From Tubulanus polymorphus (taxonomy: Eukaryota > Animalia > Nemertea): a stretch of DNA of 64,000 bases. Location: positions 13,976,850 through 14,040,849 of the forward strand of contig NC_134029.1 of assembly GCF_964204645.1 (NCBI RefSeq). Reading direction: 5' to 3'. The notes under the pieces are model-generated. The model made no database searches and was not told the origin of the DNA. It saw nothing but the letters and a program-made list of their open reading frames with translations. A program made the position numbers and the translations under genes. Positions 12,646 to 25,049 of the stretch are shown here, in pieces (the stretch's first letter is position 1; the number at the start of each line of letters is the position of its first letter).

Positions 12646-12675
12646 TTATATATCGTTAATTTTAACTTTATATTT

Positions 12676-12920
12676 CTAATATTGAATACTATCTAATTGT
12701 GAATTTACAATATTTAATTGTGCGTCAGATATAATATAAATGTGCATTTTAAAATTTAAGCTTCCTTTTTTCTTTTTCATGAATAATTGTATTCCATCTT
12801 TAGTGTTCTGTAGTTTTTTTCCAGAACCATGTAATGAATTATCCTCTGTTGTTCTAAAATCTAACCATAACGCATATTTATTACCGGTATAATAATCAAT
12901 TTGGTATTCAATAAAATGTT
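12676..12920 (-). pseudogene. Putative major capsid protein C-terminal fragment
   Basis: Manual translation YALWLDFRTTEDNSLHGSGKKLQNTKDGIQL...MHIYIISDAQLNIVNSQLDSIQY* resembles Polinton MCP C-termini; upstream part lost at the BEL junction. Confidence 0.65.
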
Positions 12921-12945
12921 CTTATTGTATGAATAGTCATTATTA

Positions 12946-15900
12946 AAAGTACCGACTGATTTATCCAAAGGTCTCGGTTTGAGTCAAGACGAATTAGCTC
13001 ACCCTCAGAGTCATGTATCGGGAAACTCAAATATATTTGACGTTACATTACACAGACTTCTACTATAATTTTATTGACGGAAAGATTAGACGAGTATCTA
13101 ATGACGGTCCAGTTATTGTTGACTCCAAATTGGGCTACATTATTTGCGGCCCCTTAATCGACGACTCCACAGCAACTATTTTATCAGCAATTACTGAATC
13201 TAACGAAACTGACTTAAGCCAATTTTGGGCTTTGGAAACTATTGGAATTCAACCTCCATGTGACTACAATGTCAATTTTCTTGATAACTATTGCGAGAAT
13301 TCCATAACGTTTTCAGATGGTTTATACTACGCTAGACTCCCATGGAAGCATAACCATCCACCATTACCTAGTAATATTGAATTGGTGGCGTCTAGAACAC
13401 GTTCAACTATCAACAGACTGGCTTTATCACCAAATTTATTTCAGGCTTATGGTGACATTATCGACGAACAACTTGCACGTGATTTTATCGAGAAGATAGA
13501 ATTTCCATATTTTTCCGATATTGTTCACTACATTCCACATCACCCAGTCTACCGTGATTCAGCTACTACGCCCGTCCCCATAGTGTTTGATTGCAGTTTT
13601 TCTCAATCGCCCAGTATGCCTTCTCTCAACGACTGCTTAGAGTCTGGTCCAGCATTACAGAACGACATCGTAGACATTCTTATAAGATTTCGTCTTGGTC
13701 CCTACGCAGCCATTACCGATATTGAAAAGGCTTTTCTTAGTGTCGGGCTTCACGAGGATGATAGAGACATGACTAGATTTTTTTTGGTTGAGAGACCGTC
13801 ATGATCCAAAAAGTGATTTCGATATCTATCGTTTTAAACGGGTATTGTTTGGTGCCACATGCAGTCCCTTTATACTCAATAGCACATTGATACATCATAT
13901 ACGTAATTCAGATTCTCCAGTTGCTCAGAAAATATTACATGACATATATGTTGACAACATAGCCTCAAGTTTCTTTTCCGGAGATGAATTAGTTAAGTTT
14001 TACTCGGCTTCTCGTGAATTAATGACTAATGTCAATTTTAATCTCCGATGTTGGTTATCCAACTCGGACACAGTGATGCAACTAGCTAACAACGACGGCG
14101 TAAAGGAATCTTCCACAACAGCTAAGGTTTTCGGTATTCGTTGGAATGCTATCGAAGATACGCTCCTTTTTCGTGTAAAGGACGTTTTCAATTCTGAACC
14201 TACTACAAAGCGTTCTATATTACAGCAGATCGCAAAGGTTTTTGACCCTTTGGGCTTAGTAAGACCAGTAACTATACGGGCTAAGATACTTCTACAAAGG
14301 TTATGGTCTTGAAAGTTTGATTGGGATTCACATTTACCAGTTTCTATCGTAACTGAGTGGAAAGCAATTCAGCAAGATATCCATGATGCTATGTCTAATT
14401 TGTTTATACCGAGACAGTATTTTCCAGCGATTTCTTCTACTCTTGATGACTGTAACATTCATGTTTTTGGAGATGCCAGTCAGAAAGCCTACGGTTCCAC
14501 TGTTTATTTGGTCTCCAATACAAAGTCAGTGTTAGTTTTGTCTCAGTCAAGGGTTGCTCCAATATCCCCGTTGACTCTTCCGAGATTAGAACTGATGGCC
14601 GCTACGACATCAGCAAGGTAGGGCAATTTTGTCTCTGCGTCGTTTTCGAAAATGGGATATAATTGTGACGTACATTATTGGACAGACAGTCAAATTGTAC
14701 TAGGCTGGCTCAAATCACCCCCTACTAAAGCCGGTTCTACCTTTATTTCGAATCGAGTTGGACACATCAACAATTTAACCGCTGGTTCTCTCTGGCGATT
14801 CTGTCGCTCAGCAGATAATCCGTCGGATTTATTGACTAGAGGCTTGACTGCAAAGGAACTAAGAGACTCTGACTTATGGAAACAGGGCCCTTCTTGGCTA
14901 CTTTCCAGGACTGATTGGCCGACTGATATTTCTGTGAATTCAGTACTTTCTGAAGAGATAACAAACTATGAGTTAGGCAACAATGTTCACGACGACGACA
15001 TCAATCTAGACAAAGTTATCGGCATCGATCAATATCCCAGTTTAAGCAGATTGCTACGAGTGACTTCATACGTTAGACGATTTATCTATAATGCTCGAAA
15101 CCCAAAAAAAAAATGATCGGTCCATTAGAATTGTCGGAAACAGAGAATTCAAAATTACTTTGGATTAGACACTGTCAAAAGTCAGTATATTTGAGTGTGA
15201 TCAATGAGTTGAAAAATGGTAAACCTAATACAAAGAAATATCCGATCATTTCTCAATTACAATTGTTTCTAGACAATAATGGGTTGATTAGATGTCGAGG
15301 TCGGTTACAGAATTCACCATTGCCTCAATCGACAATTCATCCAATTCTGTTGCCAAAGTTTCACACAATTACGAGATTGGTTATATGGCAAACTCATTAT
15401 GAAACGCTCAACTTTGGAGTGGGTGCTACATTAACAAAACTTCGGGACACCTACTGGGTTCCGTGTGCGCGACAAATGATAAAGAATACTATAAGAAGAT
15501 GTGTAACATGTCGCATCGTAGCATCATTACCGTACCGTTTGCCTGACCCACCACCCCTCCCATCATGCCGCGTAATTGATGTGCCAGCATTTTATCACAC
15601 GGGAGTTGATTTCTTCGGGCCTATGTATGCCAAAAGTAATTCTGATCTTCAAAAATATTATGGGTGCCTATTCACCTGTGCCGTAACTCGTGCTGTACAT
15701 TTGGAACTCGTCAGTTCATTGTCTACTGTCATTGTTGTTCATTGTCATTGCCTGATTTTATGTTAACCTTTCGTAGATTCGTTGCACGATGGTCATTACC
15801 GAAGATTTTATTGTCTGACAATGCATCAACTTTCGAATGTTACTTCGATCACCAGATTTAAGGCACGAGTTAAGGACACAGGGCATAAAATGGCGCTTTA

Positions 15901-16616
15901 TAGTTAAACGAGCCCCCTGGCATGGTGGATTTTGGGAGAGGATGGTGGGGTTAACTAAAACTGCAATTAAAAAGGTTTTAGGTCGTTCACTTTGTTCTTT
16001 CGATGAATTGCGTACTTTGTTAACTGAGATAGAGGCCTGTTTAAACGATCGGCCGTTAACTTATGTATCCGGTGATATCAACGATGAAAATCCGCTAACA
16101 CCTTCTCATCTACTCATCGGCAGGAAATTGTGTGTATTACCACATCTAGAATTCGATCTAGATGACTACCAGCCGAATATTACTGATATCGTCGAAAGAA
16201 AACGCTACTTAGAATCCGTGTTACGCTCGTTTTGGATACGTTGGAAACACGAATATTTAGTGTCGTTGCGAGAATCACATAAGAAATCCGGGAGTTCTAA
16301 TTACATAGTTCCAGGAGCGATTGTTCAAATTCGAGAGGACGGAACATCTCGTTTAAAATGGAATCTCGCTATCGTAATATCCGTTCATCCGGGAGCGCGA
16401 TCCGCAACGCTTAAAACCGCCAACGGTGTTACCTCGCGGCCGGTATCCAAGTTATATCCTTTGGAGGTATTCGCAGCGGATGTTCGAAATTGCGTCAAAT
16501 CCGAGGAAAGGCGTGGCGGCGTTGAGATTAAGGAACGACCTGCGAAACGTTCCGCAGCGGTGGCTGCAGAACGTCGTATCAGTGATATCTTGGGCCGGGA
16601 GGACTCTGAAATCTAA
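12946..16616 (+). pseudogene. pol: BEL/Pao pol polyprotein (RT, RNase H, integrase, DUF5641-like tail); disrupted
   Basis: YIPHHPV, DIEKAFL, FGATCSPF, YVDN, FDPLG, FGDASQKAYG, LPRLELMAA, WTDSQIVL, NPSDLLTRG, GVDFFGP, RAVHLE, SDNA, PWHGGFWERMV; several stops and frameshifts. Confidence 0.95.
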
Positions 16617-16715
16617 AACTGATTGTAAATATACTTGTTTTGTTAAACTCAAACTATACTTGTTTTGTTAAACTCAAACTATATATTCTGTGATTAATCA
16701 AGTGTGGCCGGAGGA

Positions 16716-16966
16716 TGTCGTGACCGAATACAGTACTGTTGTATTATGTCCATGTTGTATTGTCAATATCTTTTGAATGCAAGTTGTCACGTGTCGCGTC
16801 AGCCATATATAATCTTCACTGTACTAGTTTCATGGTTACATGAACATATCATATCATGTGAATTCTGAGATTTTGAAGAGTAATAAACGGAATGCCATAT
16901 AGTTCGAACGTGTGCTTGTTGAGTTGCCTTTTCGTCAGGAACTGAGGAAATACAAGTCCGTCAACA
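16716..16966 (+). repeat. 3' LTR of the BEL element
   Basis: TGTCGTGAC...GTCAACA termini, preceded by PPT GGCCGGAGGA; contains TATATAA and AATAAA. Confidence 0.8.
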
Positions 16967-17295
16967 CACCCAGAATGTCTAAATGGTCAAAATTGGTCAA
17001 AACACCAAAACTACCCACAGAGCTGATGACTGATGAAGATATTTGAGTTATAAAACAGGTAAATTTGTTCTACATTTATATCCTGTCTTTATTCTATCTC
17101 TTCCATTGTAACATTATCATTCACATTAAAGTGGACTTTTCCGGCAAATTTTCACGTTGTGGCAGTCTAGTGATACCATCAGGTTTGAATACCTACTGAG
17201 AGGATGGGATTTCCTGACCTAGGTTAAGTTAGACATAACAAAATAATAATCAAATGTTAGAATTATTAGAATCATTAGCAATTGACAAAAAATAA

Positions 17296-17994
17296 TTATT
17301 TTGTTGAAGCTATTAGAAGTTGTTCAGTACCATTAGAAGCCAAAGCATCCGAGCTGACTTCATCAATATCAAAATTTGAATTATCATTATTAAAAATATC
17401 AGAAGGCATTGTGGCTGGTGCACGTTCAATCATAAAACTAGACTGTTTGGCATCTAAGTGGCGTTCTATTTCTTCTTTCGTAAGGGGTCCCAAAATTCCA
17501 GGAGCATTACCAGCTGGTTCCGCCGTCTTCTTTTCAATAATCTTGACAGGCTTCTTTGTTTCCTTTTTAATCCGTTTACGCGGTGGAGGTCCTGGTATGT
17601 TTCCAGATCCGATGTTAAGACCACAATTCAGCTGTTGACCTTGTTCACTCACTGGACCATAGTTCAGATTTTCCAGTAAATTTAGATCACTCGAATTTGG
17701 AAATTGAGGAAAAGCATTCTCTTTTTGCTTTTTCGGAAAAAGTCTGTTAGTTCGAGTTTCTCCATCTGAGTCACTAGAATCAGTTGCATCAGAGTCACTT
17801 GACGATTCATCGATCTTTTCATACTGAAGCAAACGGTCAAGTAAAAAACTTCGGTCCCTTGCGACGCATAATAATTTACGCTGAACTTTTCGTAGTTCCT
17901 CTGCAAAACATTCCTGCTCATGAATAAGGAACTTTAATTTTCGCTTCAAGTTTTTATATTTCTGTTTATAATTCACGGAATCATTTGAGTTCAT
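17296..17994 (-). CDS. INO80E: INO80 complex subunit E (single coding exon, 232 aa)
   Basis: [48 protein letters not shown] followed by [14 protein letters not shown]; GCCACCATG Kozak at 17994 just downstream of a TTTTTAG acceptor (intron ends 18008). Confidence 0.93.
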   Translation of the reverse strand: MNSNDSVNYKQKYKNLKRKLKFLIHEQECFAEELRKVQRKLLCVARDRSFLLDRLLQYEKIDESSSDSDATDSSDSDGETRTNRLFPKKQKENAFPQFPNSSDLNLLENLNYGPVSEQGQQLNCGLNIGSGNIPGPPPRKRIKKETKKPVKIIEKKTAEPAGNAPGILGPLTKEEIERHLDAKQSSFMIERAPATMPSDIFNNDNSNFDIDEVSSDALASNGTEQLLIASTK

Positions 17995-19381
17995 GGTGGC
18001 TGGAATCCTAAAAATAGTATTGAACATTAGACAACAAGATACATTAGATTCTTCCTTAAAAAGGAACGTTTAAAAGGAACTTGGCTGGATTAAACTTTAC
18101 TTAACCCCTCTGAAATTCCCCCAGGAATACTTATCAATGTCAAGAAAAGACAAAAAATTGGAAGTTTTCATTGGTCATTTGTTTTAATATGTCTTATAAC
18201 ATTGGAGTTTACACGCTTTATCGCAACATGACATGCATACATTGAAATATAGAGGAAATTATGTCTTTGAAAATATTAATTTCTATACTGCTCCTGCCTC
18301 GGAATTCGCCTACCTCGGCAAAGATTTTATGGTCCCACGCGATCCCAGGTAAGTGAGTTTTACTGCATATGTCATCACAAATTCTTAATCTTATATTGGT
18401 GCAACGCTCATATTCTTTTCATTTATCGCGCTCCATAACCCCTTTATTCTAGGGAACTAATATTGCGAGTATAATGAGATTGTATCTTGAGTGAAAATTC
18501 CATTTTCATGATCTAGTACATTGTTGATTAAAATAAAGATGGCAATTGTTAAATTTTCATATAAACGGTCTCATATCTTTATTTGATTGGATATTGATGA
18601 TGATCTGATGATCACTTCCAGGTACCCTAAAGGACATTGCAACCGAGGACCAATCTAGAATGAAAAGGTTGTTGGTAAATCCTTGCATAGATCGTCGATT
18701 CAAAATCGCAGCTTTTTGAATTGTAGTGACCATATTAACCCTTTCGCTGTGCATAACATTGTGGAAAAATCATATGAGTGACACCTACTGTAAGTAGGCC
18801 TATGACGTTTGTGAAATGTCATTCACCTATCGACTATTAGCATGAATACACACAGAACAGACAGTGAATACATGCATGTAAGACTATCTAGAGCTATTTT
18901 ATTTCACTTCTCAACTACTGATGGCGCCTGTGGCTGGTGGCTAAGCTTCGATTTAAAAAAAAAAAATTCTGTAAATTAAACAACCGATCACACAACTATA
19001 TCCGTACTTCGATTTCCAATTTCAAAATCAAACCCCGTTTCGCTCCCGTCAGGTGTGGTGGGTCTGTAAGGGACACTCAATCAAAAAATCTAACGAAATT
19101 TACAAACCAAATAAACAACAGGGACAATACCTATTCTAAGATCGAAAAGCACATTGTCAAACAAAAACAAAGTTTGATAAAATTGCTTGTAAAAACTATA
19201 ATAATGAATAGTCTTTGCCGTATTAGTTATGATATTATTTTAATAATCATGTCATGACAATCTGTATAAATTATGGTTTGAATGGAATGGGCATTTCAAC
19301 TAAAACGATAGAAAATTTACCAAACCACCCTGGCCCTTCACCCACTCAACCCTGTCCCATGGGCTATGTGAAGACTTTTGG

Positions 19382-19610
19382 ACGAAAACTGCACTCATAT
19401 ATTCATGTAAGAATATCATAATCTTCAATAAAAACGTAAATGATCACAGTTTAGAACAATTAGAAAATTATTGACTTTTTTTTATAGAAAATACGATACG
19501 AAAACTGCACTCATATATTCATGTAAGAATATCATAATCTTCAATAAAAACGTAAATGATCACAGTTTAGAACAATTAGAAAATTATTGACTTTTTTTAT
19601 AGAAAACACG
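19382..19610. repeat. Near-perfect tandem duplication, ~116 bp x2
   Basis: ACGAAAACTGCACTCATATATTC...TTTATAGAAAA occurs at 19382 and again at 19498. Confidence 0.92.
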
Positions 19611-20051
19611 GGGCGCTGCAATTGCAATCTAAGGTATTTTTTTATTCAAATGGGCACTATTCTAAAAGAGACATTATTGTTGCTCTATAAATTTAATCGA
19701 AAACGGGCAAATTTCGCCAAAAATCTAAAAAAAGGCATAAGCAAATTGAATGTGAAGGCACATTTAGTGGCATGATACCAATGAATGGCACTCAAACTCA
19801 AACTCACTCCCTGGGCATTAATACTGGGCCTTTCCTAAAATTGGTGCCCTTTTTTCACTGTGCTGTAGTCACTGTATGGCCCTGGATCCGCGCCTGGCAC
19901 ACGCAACAAAAGGGTTACGAGGGCTCAGGGGGTTAGGGTATTAGGTTTAGAGGTCCAAAGGATTAGTGTTAGGATAAGGTTTAGGTTGCATTATAATAGA
20001 GTAGTTAAGGGTGAAGCAATATAGGCCCTATAGAAACAAAATTGCAATGCA

Positions 20052-20100
20052 GTCTCTGTGGCCTTATGGTTAGATCGCTTTGCTTGCATGTTCGAATCCC
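20052..20100 (+). other. Degenerate tRNA-derived SINE head or pseudo-tRNA
   Basis: A-box-like TGGCCTTATGGT and B-box GTTCGAATCCC; too short for a cloverleaf. Confidence 0.35.
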
Positions 20101-20239
20101 AATTTTCACAATGAAACTTAGAATTTTAACCAGTGTTTTCATTGATCATTTTAACTGTCAGGTCATTCATGCAGGGTTCATAGTCTTAAGGCTAGGGTAA
20201 AAATAAGCACTTTTAAGCACTTTTTTCAAAGTTAAGGTA

Positions 20240-20677
20240 CAGCCTAGAAGAAACTTAACTCCATTTCGGTTTGCGTTTAGTAAACATATCGTTCAAACCG
20301 CGTTCTGTAATTCATTTTCGTTTAGTTCTGACCGCTTTTGACACTCGTTAGGGATGAACATCCATTTCATAATAACGCGTTTCACTGTACGCTCATGGGT
20401 GCAACGAAACTTTGAACGCTCCTGTTAGGCCTTTATAATGTTACTGCATGTATTTTACCATTTTTACCAAATACAAGAAGTTGCACTCGAAAAGAAGGAA
20501 GCTGCTATTAATATGTTCGTGCATTTGATGTGCGCGCGCCGGACGCATTGAATTTGAACCGCGGTAGTAGGGCCTTACTAGTTTCATTTACGTTTCTAAT
20601 TCGTTTCATCAAAAACAAAAACGCAACGATCTCAGACGAACGCCAGACGCATTGTGAGTTATGTTACTTCTAGGCTG
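20240..20677. mobile_element. Tc1/mariner-type MITE
   Basis: TIR CAGCCTAGAAG...CTTCTAGGCTG with TA TSD. Confidence 0.8.
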
Positions 20678-20825
20678 TACCGTAGCACTTTTAACAGGAA
20701 AATCGGGCTAGAAATTTTGAATTTCACTATCATCTTATGCAAAATTCACTACCAACTGCAACTTTTTAAGCGAAAGTTGCTGATTTTTGAATTAGTTGGA
20801 GTAGGCCTACTGATTTCACCAGCAG

Positions 20826-21690
20826 CAGGGACACCATGCCCACTTGGGAAGTTGTTTCAAATGCTCAACAATTTAACAATTTCAATATTCAACGCCCCCT
20901 GGTGACCATATACAAAAACCAATGACGTTGAAACTCACCAAAATCATAGAACATGTCAGCAGCTACGATTTTGTAAATGATTGTGATAACAAAATATGCC
21001 TAATACTAAGTTATTCTACCAATCAACGCCCTCGGTGACCATATGCAAAGCCCAATGACCTTTAAACTCACCATAATTATGGAACACAAAATACCAATAT
21101 AATAAGGAAATATAAAGTTATTCTACTATTGACCCCTAGTGACCATATAGAATAACTAATGTCCTTGAACTCACCACAATCATAGACCATGTCATGAGCT
21201 ACAACTTTCCAATCGATTGTGGTAGCAAAATATGCATAGGTACAAATATAACATAGAAATACTAAGTTATTGTATTGTTCAACGCCCCTTGGTGGCCATA
21301 TACAAAAACCAATGACCTTGAAACTCACCACGATCATAGACCATGTCATGAGCTACAACTTTCCAATTGATTGTGGTAACAAAATTTGCTTAAGTATCAA
21401 TATAATGTGGAAAAACTTTTTTCCAACTACGAACGAGTTCTGATGACACCAAGATGGCCAAATAATCAAATAATATACCTTGCGTATAAGAGATCCCTTG
21501 CCAAAGAATACCCATCACAAATTGCAATGAAAAATGGCAAACCATTAGGAAACTACAGGACTCAGAATTCAGGCCGAAATTGACATTTTTTGGCACAAAA
21601 AAGGTCACAGGAACGGTCACAGGCTTACGATCTTGAGTCCGATCGATCCAATTTTTCTCATGCTGATGGGCCCTTGGGGGATACAAATAT
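20826..21690 (-). mobile_element. Helentron-associated (HINE/DINE-like) element, partial
   Basis: Reverse complement of the 62650-63766 family, including the 3' end and internal tandem repeats. Confidence 0.85.
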
Positions 21691-22074
21691 ATATAGGGTA
21701 ACTCCACGTAAGTTCGAAATACATTTATAGAAATGCGATTTTGATCGGTGGATTCCGTCAATTATTAGCAGTAATCGGCAATTAAGCTTCGATATGTATT
21801 TTTCTTTTTTGCCCAAATTTTTGTCAAAATCATTTTTTTGTTGGTTTGAATAGTTAAACGCACTGATATTTTAAGTTTTTTTTTTGCCGACGTAATTTCG
21901 GAAGCCGCGGTCACGTAAATTCGGAAACCTAACACATAAGTTCGGAAATGCTCTGTACGCCGATTTACACGCCAGCTTGTATTGAAAACGGGCGATACCA
22001 TGTTGTTTATGGGGGATATGGGTTATACCAATTTGTTGGTGCGATATAGGCCTCTTCTGCCAGATTATCAGTTT

Positions 22075-22580
22075 CAACTTGTCAGTTGATCGAAAACCCG
22101 CGTTCTGTCGCTTGACTGTGCGATAATAACAATAAATTTTATACCACACTCCACACATGTACATATTCCCTTTTGCCTTTCATTTTCTTATACATGAACT
22201 CATCCAGTGGTTTTTTTCCTTCTGCGAAATCAACAAATTCTGCTGGTTGAGACACAGAGCTGTCAATGAACTAATTCACTTAATATTGTAGGCCTATCAC
22301 ATAAACCTACTTCCACATGTTTAGTATGTGCCAATGAATTGAGAACTTGACTGAATTCATTTTTTGCATAATCAGGTTTTGAAACCATTAAATTCGGATC
22401 TAAACAAATAATATTGCGTATCAATGTGTATCTCACTGGTGATTTCAGAATGATGTGACCGACTGTTGCTGATAGAAAGTCCTTTACTTCAGTAGCGAGC
22501 CATGTGGTAGTTGAGCGCGTGATTGGCACACAGCCAAGAATGAAGAAATCCTGTATAGATGCCGTGTGCATGTGTGTTGT
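22075..22580 (-). pseudogene. hAT transposase C-terminal remnant
   Basis: LKSPVRYTLIRNIICLDP and downstream LDEF...VW..V*NLLLLSHSQATERGFSIN, like the hAT dimerisation domain; contains stops. Confidence 0.65.
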
Positions 22581-22889
22581 AGAACATAAAAAGATTTATG
22601 ACAATTAATAATTTATAATTTTTTTATGATTCAGGACGGGAAAAACAGGCGACCTTTAAACATGCGTAAGAAGTAATGCAACACACGCGTCAGCTCATGC
22701 GAGCACGTGATCTTAGTGACAGCAGGTTCGAATCCCACAAAAGGAAAATTCATCGCACCCGACGCACATGGTGACAACGATCGAGATAGACCAAAACAAA
22801 AATACTGTTACCAATTTTACAAGTCAGAATCCATACATAAGTACCGACTTGGAAGACATACCATAAATACCGACTTGGAAGACGCTACG

Positions 22890-23222
22890 AACCCTGCTAC
22901 AGGACTCAGAATTTGGGCCAAAATTGACATTTTTGGGCACTAAAAAGGTCATAGGTCGGCCATCTTGAATCCGATAGACAAATTTTTCTTAAGCTGATGG
23001 GCCCTTGGGGGAATCAAATATATACGAAACGTCAAGGTAATTGATCAAAGCGTCTTCAAAATTTCCCTCAAAAATATGTAAAAGGTGCTGATTTTTGCGA
23101 ACAACAATGGCTGCCAGTCGGCCATCTTGATTTTGACAGGGCCAGTTTTTGGGCTGAAGGTGTGTCTAGAGTAGATACGTGTGTAACCTAAATATCAAGA
23201 CATTACATTGAAGCGTCTTAAA
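22890..23222 (-). mobile_element. HINE family core fragment
   Basis: Reverse complement of ~62760-63095. Confidence 0.8.
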
Positions 23223-25049
23223 AACTTGGACCACTCTTCCTTTTTGACTCTTATCTTTGGCTATTGAATACATGTCTAGGATACAGGATTCGCAAAGGCT
23301 CCCAGGTGCCACCAGAAAAGCCCAGATAGCTCTTAAATTGCATCAAATTTAGAAAATATACTTTCTATTGACTTCAGTCCACAATTAATTCCTTGATTCA
23401 CAAACTAACAAAGGTACGTTTTGAAATAATCCAATTTTATCTATGTTTCGTGCGATTAATCAACATTATTTTGAGAAATTAATTAATTTATCCACAAATT
23501 TCGCCATTGGCCGCCATTTCTGTGTATTGCATACATGTGGCATGATAGACAAGGTGACCTACAAGGATTTATATACAACTTTCAAAACGAAACAACAATT
23601 TTTATTTTTGATAGTTTTTCAACTTATATTTCAAATCTTTGTGTTTTCCATTAGAAATAATTAAAAAATAAATTCTGGTTGAAGAAAAATGTGTTGATTT
23701 CTTAATTTTTTTGAATTTCGTCGTTTCATTTCGTTAGTTTGTGTTGTGGTCCTCGCCTCAGTCCACAGGTGCCAGCACCCTCCACACGTTTTCAAAATGG
23801 CCGCTGTTGAATCGACAAAAATTTACTCTCACTTTACGGCCAATTTGCACATGGATTAAGATCGTCAGGTGAGGTGTTATATATATCAAACAAAAAACGA
23901 ATCTGTCGTGCGTTGATTACCACAAAAATTAGACAGATATCTTAAGAGACAATGAAATGCCAGGCAAATTACTCATGAGTCAAATTGACTCACGAAAATT
24001 TCATTGAAAAATGACCTTTTCATATTCCTGGCTGTGGTTTGTCAAAATATCCGATCGTGAAACCAAACCACAGCCAGGTTACTGACTAGACGGCTAGGTA
24101 CAAGACTACCCGGCAGGTAAACGTCACACCTCCAGACGCTCTTAGAGTGCCCTCATTCACCAAAATATGCCCTAACTTTACCTGCTCCCCCTTCTTAATT
24201 AAACCCTAGATCCGCCCCTGCTAACATTGGTGTATAAGCCCATCTGATAAAACAAAGGGTCAAAGCTTACCACCAACGATTAGGTAACTAACGTAAGATT
24301 TTAGGTTTTCCGATATGCTATCTGGTTTGAATCCCTGCCGAGGGAGGACGAGTAGGCCCTCGTGCTGTGGGACATCACTGCCTTAGATGTGTAATATTTT
24401 TCGTCCATATTATACCATGGAAATGGTTGGAATGAAGGCTCAATAAATTCGTAATTGGGTGAATTGTATCGTATTGTATGGACGACCTCAGAGGACATTC
24501 GAGATATGAGATATAACATACGAGATATGAGATGCAACATACGAAATACGCCATATGATATACGAGATACGACTGAGCTCAGACCACTATTCCAAAATCT
24601 TCTATATCCTATAGTAAAAACAAGAAATTCAAGAGTTTAGTTCATATATAAGCACGTAAATTCAGGGGAAATCCTGCTTATGGCTCATAGGCCACCCAGC
24701 AAACACTCGACCAAAATATTACGTCTTGAGGACATCAAAATATCGATGTCAACAGGAATGACGTAATTATGATGTCGAAATGATTACAAAAATTATTTGT
24801 CTGAAATAAAACATTTAGAAGACGTCGAATTAATGACATAGCTATTGACGGGCACTGATATTCAGAAATTACATCGTGTCGACGTAATTCAGCGATGTAT
24901 TCTAGACGAAGAAACTAATATCAAAACAAAACTGTATACTATTAAATTTCCATCTGTTCCGTACCTGTTGATGCTGGGGATTAATTGGATTGGTAATTCT
25001 GATAATTAGATAGTAAACAAAAAATGAAACAAGAAAATTAATTTTAGAA

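Larger units (their letters stand above)
4669..12945. mobile_element. Polinton/Maverick (adintovirus-like) endogenous element, partial and degraded
   Basis: pPolB, packaging ATPase, rve integrase and capsid fragment are tightly packed, intronless and visibly very AT-rich; including the array as the left boundary is inferred. Confidence 0.9.
12946..16966 (+). mobile_element. BEL/Pao LTR retrotransposon, 5'-truncated
   Basis: pol in RT-RNaseH-integrase order, polypurine tract and 3' LTR present; no gag or 5' LTR. Confidence 0.95.

Noticed and set aside
17995-18027. Upstream ATG of the 243-aa ORF as the INO80E start
   Set aside because: It lies upstream of a splice acceptor; the ATG at 17994 has a perfect Kozak context
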